Of a stretch of DNA of 64,000 nt, positions 59,589 to 64,000 are shown piece after piece; the first letter of the stretch is position 1, and every line of letters starts with the position of its first letter. The stretch lies in the NCBI GenBank assembly GCA_965224195.1, contig OZ245040.1:320001-384000 (forward strand), given 5' to 3'. The DNA is from Nitrosopumilus sp. GTDB lineage: Archaea > Thermoproteota > Nitrososphaeria > Nitrososphaerales > Nitrosopumilaceae. The translations under genes were made by a program, and so were the position numbers. Under the pieces are notes generated by a model. That model did no database searches. It was not told the DNA's origin and worked only from the letters and a program-made list of their open reading frames with translations.

Positions 59589-60869
59589 TTATGTTGAAAA
59601 TTCTGACGCAATTCTATTTAGCATGATTTCTTTAATTTCTTCACGATTTTCAGTGTTTCCTGTAGCCCACATTGCCTTTACTAAAGCAATTTCAGGTATC
59701 ATGTTTTCTAGAGGAATTATTCCTAAATCAAGAAGATCTCTACCACTTTCATAAACTGTCATTCTTACTCTACCATCTATACACTGTGAAGTCATTCCCA
59801 TAAAGATGTCTTTTTCATTTGCTATTTTCACTATTGGATACATATTTTTTCCAATATGACCTAATCCAGTACCTTCAAAAATTATTGCTTTGTATCCTGC
59901 ATCTATGATATTTTTTAATATAATTGGATCATATCCTGGGTAATATTTTACTAGAGCAACTTTTTCATTTATCTTTATTTTAGGATTGTATTTGTTAATT
60001 GTAAAAAAATTATCTTTCATATTATTATGAATTTCATTATTTACAATTAAAAATGCAGGATCATTCCCTACCGTTTGAAATGCACCTCTTTTACTTGTAT
60101 GATTTTTTCTTACCCTTGTTCCAATATGACATGCAACTGTTTCATCATTTTCATCTTGATGCATTGCTATGTAGACTCCATTTGTTTTACATTTTGTAAG
60201 GAATTTTACAGCTCCAATAAGATTCAGTGCAGCATCTGATGATGCACGATCGGATGATCTTTGTGAACCAACTAATGCTATTGGAATTGGAAATCCTGCT
60301 AATGAAAAAGAAAGATAGGATGATGTGTAATGCATAGTATCTGTCCCATGTGCAATTATTATTCCAGCATAATCTGAATTCAAATATTCATTTACTGTTT
60401 CAGCAATTTTTAACCAATGTTCAGGCATAATATTTTCAGAATATTCTGAAAACAATACTTTGGTGTCTATATTCGCAATTTTTGCAAGCTCAGGAACTGA
60501 TGAATTCAATTCTTCAGCAGTTAATACTGGAGTAACTGCCCCAGTTCTATAATCAATTTTACTTGCAATTGTGCCTCCAGTTGACAATAATAAAATTTTT
60601 GGTAGCTTTTCGTTTTTCTCAATCTTTTCAACAATTTTTTCTGAGGTTTGATTTTTCTCAATTTTTTTAATTTTAGATATTTCTAAACCAATATTGTATC
60701 CGCTCTTTAATTTCAAAACAATATGTTTATCGTCACTATGTTCGTATCTAGGCATGACAATTCCTGAATAAGTGATATCTGCTAGAATTTTTACAGAATT
60801 TCCAATTGAAATTTTGTTTGTTTTGAGAAATTCTAAGGACTTTCCTTCATACCCAGTATATTCTGACAT
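59589..60869 (-). CDS. gatD: Glu-tRNA(Gln) amidotransferase subunit D
   Basis: KLKSGYNIG, TGGTIASKIDYRTG, HGTDTM and GSQRSSDR motifs. Confidence 0.97.
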   Translation of the reverse strand: MSEYTGYEGKSLEFLKTNKISIGNSVKILADITYSGIVMPRYEHSDDKHIVLKLKSGYNIGLEISKIKKIEKNQTSEKIVEKIEKNEKLPKILLLSTGGTIASKIDYRTGAVTPVLTAEELNSSVPELAKIANIDTKVLFSEYSENIMPEHWLKIAETVNEYLNSDYAGIIIAHGTDTMHYTSSYLSFSLAGFPIPIALVGSQRSSDRASSDAALNLIGAVKFLTKCKTNGVYIAMHQDENDETVACHIGTRVRKNHTSKRGAFQTVGNDPAFLIVNNEIHNNMKDNFFTINKYNPKIKINEKVALVKYYPGYDPIILKNIIDAGYKAIIFEGTGLGHIGKNMYPIVKIANEKDIFMGMTSQCIDGRVRMTVYESGRDLLDLGIIPLENMIPEIALVKAMWATGNTENREEIKEIMLNRIASEFST

Positions 60870-60901
60870 TTATGAGAATTAGATTTGTTATTTAATTAAA
60901 A

Positions 60902-63088
60902 CTACCTGTAATAGGAGGCTACTAATTTTTCGCCCATCTTGAGGTCTTTTTGTTCTCTCACTTTCTTTACTGCTTCCTCAAAGTGTTTCATCTCAACTTT
61001 AGCATCAACATCCTTTTTCTCAATATCTTTTACATCTGGATTTTTATCTAAGAATTCATGAATTACTAGAGATACTGCCGTATTTGCAATAGCTGCAGTA
61101 TCTGCGCCACTAAGCCCGTCAGTTAAGTCTGAAAGTTTTTCGTAATCAATGCGATTAGGATCGCTTTCATCAGTAATTGTTGGTATTTTTTCAGCATTAA
61201 TTTTCAAGATACTCCTTCTACTTTCTTTATCTGGTAGTGGAATCTGAATAATTTTATCAAATCTTCCCGGTCTTAATAATGCAGGATCTATCATGTCTGC
61301 TCTATTTGTTGCTGCTAATACTATAACACCGTGCATATTTTCCATTCCGTCTAATTCTGTTAGTAATTGACTTACTACTCTTTCAGTAACTGCAGTTTCT
61401 CCGCCAGCACCTCTAATTGGAGCAATAGAATCAATTTCATCAAAGAATATTACACATGGTGCAGATTGACGTGCACGTTTGAAAATTTCTCTAATTCCTC
61501 GCTCTGATTCTCCTACCCATTTAGATAAGAGTTCGGGGCCTCGAACTGAAACAAAGTTTGCTTCACTTTGAGTAGCAACTGCTTTTGCAAGTAGAGTTTT
61601 ACCAGTACCGCTTGGACCATGAAGTAATATTCCTCTTGGCATATGATGTCCAAGTTTATCATAAAGACCAGGATATTTCATTGGCCATTCTACAGCTTCT
61701 TGTAATTCTTTTTTGACTTCTTCTAAACCTCCAACATCCTCCCACTTTACATCTGGGTTTTCAATGAATACTTCTCGCATTCCTGATGGCGTTACTTCAA
61801 TCAAGGCTTTTTGAAAGTCTTCATGATTTACAATTAGTTTATCCAAAGTTTCTGGCGGAAGTTTTTCTTCTTCTAAATTTAAAACAGGTAATAATCTTCT
61901 CAAACATTTCATTGCAGCTTCTTTACAGAGATATTCTAAATCTGCACCAACATACCCATGACTAACTGATGATATTTTTTTCATGTCAACATCATCTGCT
62001 AATGGCATGTTTCTACTGTGAATTGCAAGAATGTCACTTCTTCCTTTTTTATCTGGAACCTTAATCTCAATTTCTCTATCAAATCTTCCTGGTCTTCTAA
62101 GTGCTGGATCAATTGCATTTGGTCTATTAGTTGCTGCAATGACAATAACTTTCCCTCTTGCTTCTAATCCATCCATTAATGATAACATTTGAGAAACAAC
62201 TCTTCGTTCAACTTCTCCTGTAACTTCTTCTCTTTTTGGAGCAATAGAATCAATTTCATCAACAAAGATAATTGATGGGGCTTTCTCTCTTGCTTCTTTG
62301 AAAATTTCTCTTAATCTTGCTTCACTTTCACCATAAAACTTACTCATAATTTCAGGTCCTGAGATACTGATAAAATGAGCTTGACTTTCATTTGCTACTG
62401 CTTTTGCAAGTAGTGTCTTACCCGTACCAGGTGGACCATACAACAATACACCTTTTGGAGCTTCAATTCCTAATTTTTCAAAGATTTCAGGATGTCTTAA
62501 TGGAAGCTCAATCATTTCTCTGACTTTTTTAATTTCATTTGAAATTCCACCAATGTCTTCATAGGTTACTTGTGGAACTCCACGTAACGTTTCTCCTTTT
62601 TCTGCAATATGGAAAACAGTTTTTTGGGTTACTAAAACAGCATCAGCTGCTGGATTAACTCCAATAACTTGAAAAGTTAAACGTCCACCAAAGTATGGAA
62701 CCATCACATTATCACCTTTAATCAAAGGTACACTCTCTAAAGCATCTGCAAGATATCTTTCATCAATTGGAGGAATTGCTTCAAGTGGTGCAACTACTAC
62801 TTTTTCTGCAGCAACTGCTTTTATTTTCCTAACTGATATTGTATCTCCAATTGCTATTCCTGAATTATTTCGTCCAAGACCGTCAATTCTGATAATTCCT
62901 TTACCTTCATCTGAAGGATAAAGTGGAAGACATTTTGCTACTGTTCTTCTTTTACCTTTAATTTCAATAACATCACCTGTTGAGGCATTTAATGTATCCA
63001 TAGAATCATAATCAATTCTTGCTACTCCTCTTCCTACATCTCGTGTGTATGCTTCAAGCACTTTGAGAGAAAGAGCATTTTGACTCAT
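60902..63088 (-). CDS. cdc48: CDC48/VCP family AAA ATPase
   Basis: Two AAA modules (GPPGTGKT and GPSGTGKT) and an N-domain [13 protein letters not shown] at 63088 is preferred. Confidence 0.97.
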   Translation of the reverse strand: MSQNALSLKVLEAYTRDVGRGVARIDYDSMDTLNASTGDVIEIKGKRRTVAKCLPLYPSDEGKGIIRIDGLGRNNSGIAIGDTISVRKIKAVAAEKVVVAPLEAIPPIDERYLADALESVPLIKGDNVMVPYFGGRLTFQVIGVNPAADAVLVTQKTVFHIAEKGETLRGVPQVTYEDIGGISNEIKKVREMIELPLRHPEIFEKLGIEAPKGVLLYGPPGTGKTLLAKAVANESQAHFISISGPEIMSKFYGESEARLREIFKEAREKAPSIIFVDEIDSIAPKREEVTGEVERRVVSQMLSLMDGLEARGKVIVIAATNRPNAIDPALRRPGRFDREIEIKVPDKKGRSDILAIHSRNMPLADDVDMKKISSVSHGYVGADLEYLCKEAAMKCLRRLLPVLNLEEEKLPPETLDKLIVNHEDFQKALIEVTPSGMREVFIENPDVKWEDVGGLEEVKKELQEAVEWPMKYPGLYDKLGHHMPRGILLHGPSGTGKTLLAKAVATQSEANFVSVRGPELLSKWVGESERGIREIFKRARQSAPCVIFFDEIDSIAPIRGAGGETAVTERVVSQLLTELDGMENMHGVIVLAATNRADMIDPALLRPGRFDKIIQIPLPDKESRRSILKINAEKIPTITDESDPNRIDYEKLSDLTDGLSGADTAAIANTAVSLVIHEFLDKNPDVKDIEKKDVDAKVEMKHFEEAVKKVREQKDLKMGEKLVASYYR

Positions 63089-63134
63089 AGTCAATGGCTT
63101 CAATTCTAATTTTTATACCTTTGTGCTAATTTCC

Positions 63135-63160
63135 AAAACTAGCAGGTAAAACTAGCAGGT
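63135..63160. repeat. Tandem 13-bp direct repeat AAAACTAGCAGGT x2 in the divergent cdc48/rpl2 promoter region
   Basis: Exact copies at 63135-63147 and 63148-63160. Confidence 0.85.
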
Positions 63161-63204
63161 CACACCACAAGCTTAAAATTCTCTTTACGTCGGAAACGAT
63201 CAAC

Positions 63205-63939
63205 TTGGGTAAGAGACCATTAGTACGAAGACGAGGCCGTGGAGGCAATCAATTTAGATCTACATCTACTGGTAAAGTAGGCGCAAAAGCAAATTATCCA
63301 CGTTTTCCACTATCTGAACAACATACAGGTGAAATCATCGATCTAGTGCATGAACGTGGAAGAGAAGCACCATTATCTAAAATTAGATTTGAAGATGGCT
63401 CTGTTTCATTTGTACCAGCAGTTCTCGGAACTACAGTAGGTGGAACATTACAATTTGGATTAAAATCAGAAATTAAAAAAGGTAATGTCATTAGTGTTCA
63501 AAATATTCCTGATGGCACAATTGTATGTAATATTGAAAAGCATTTTGGTGATGGTGGTGCTATTGTTAAATCAGCAGGTACTGATGCAACTATCTTTTCA
63601 CATGGTGATGATGGTGTAACAGTTAAACTTCCATCTGGAAAATTTGCCACTCTTAATCCTAAAAACAGAGCCATGATTGGTACTCTAGCTGGTGGTGGAG
63701 CAACTGAAAGACATTTTATGAGTGCAGGTAACAAGTGGCGTAGTTTTAAAGCTAAAGGAAAGAAATATCCAATTGTAAGAGGTGTTGCTCAAGCAGCATA
63801 TGTACACCCACACGGTGGTGGTCGACATCAACACGTTGGACAGAGTTCTACAGTTTCAAGAGATGCCCCTCCTGGTGCAAAGGTAGGTAGCATTGCTGCA
63901 AGAAAGACTGGTAGAGCTAGAATCAAAGAAAGAAAGTAG
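63205..63939 (+). CDS. rpl2: 50S ribosomal protein L2
   Basis: MGKR...RRGRG, LPSG and VRGVAQ...HPHGGG..QH motifs; TTG start. Confidence 0.97.
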   Translation: MGKRPLVRRRGRGGNQFRSTSTGKVGAKANYPRFPLSEQHTGEIIDLVHERGREAPLSKIRFEDGSVSFVPAVLGTTVGGTLQFGLKSEIKKGNVISVQNIPDGTIVCNIEKHFGDGGAIVKSAGTDATIFSHGDDGVTVKLPSGKFATLNPKNRAMIGTLAGGGATERHFMSAGNKWRSFKAKGKKYPIVRGVAQAAYVHPHGGGRHQHVGQSSTVSRDAPPGAKVGSIAARKTGRARIKERK

Positions 63940-64000
63940 TTTTTATTTTAGCCTAAAATTGATTAATAGCTCAGTGAATTATTATCTTAGTGTCAAAACA

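Noticed and set aside
2222-63734. Numerous 60-190 aa track ORFs antisense to or nested in identified genes (e.g. 4036..4491, 18645..19226, 30533..31057, 42975..43424, 50968..51417)
   Set aside because: They are shadow ORFs of well-supported genes and show no motifs of their own.

Overview
This is an AT-rich, gene-dense segment of an archaeal chromosome. Gene content indicates a Nitrosopumilus-like ammonia-oxidising archaeon (Nitrososphaerota/Thaumarchaeota): thermosome, archaeal r-proteins, aIF2, GatDE, Cdc48, PriL/PriS, AglB, bacterial-type MetK and DnaK/J/GrpE. Most of it is core genome, including two cobalamin biosynthesis clusters (3.4-7.6 kb and 35-40.6 kb), translation and replication/repair genes, and three tRNAs (Gly-CCC, Gln-TTG, Leu-CAG). 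Two stretches look accessory: 10.2-14.4 kb (hypothetical proteins) and 17.1-19.8 kb (a decayed IS5-like transposase, a secreted protein and a truncated gene remnant). Several small genes missing from the ORF track were found by hand: Nop10, three Cys/His-rich microproteins and a single-TM peptide. The most notable observations are: (1) a CobQ with its glutaminase domain cleanly deleted; (2) a possible split nucleotide-sugar dehydrogenase made of a short catalytic chain and a pseudo-enzyme flanking DUF354; (3) two paralogous Trp-periodic helical proteins near an acyl-CoA thioesterase, possibly phasin-like; (4) a DUF3892/Zn-ribbon fusion broken by one in-frame stop; (5) a perfect 18-bp VNTR in dnaK; (6) scattered damaging transition substitutions, which could be sequencing error or relaxed selection. 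No CRISPR array, rRNA or prophage was seen. All family assignments come from motif recognition, not database searches.
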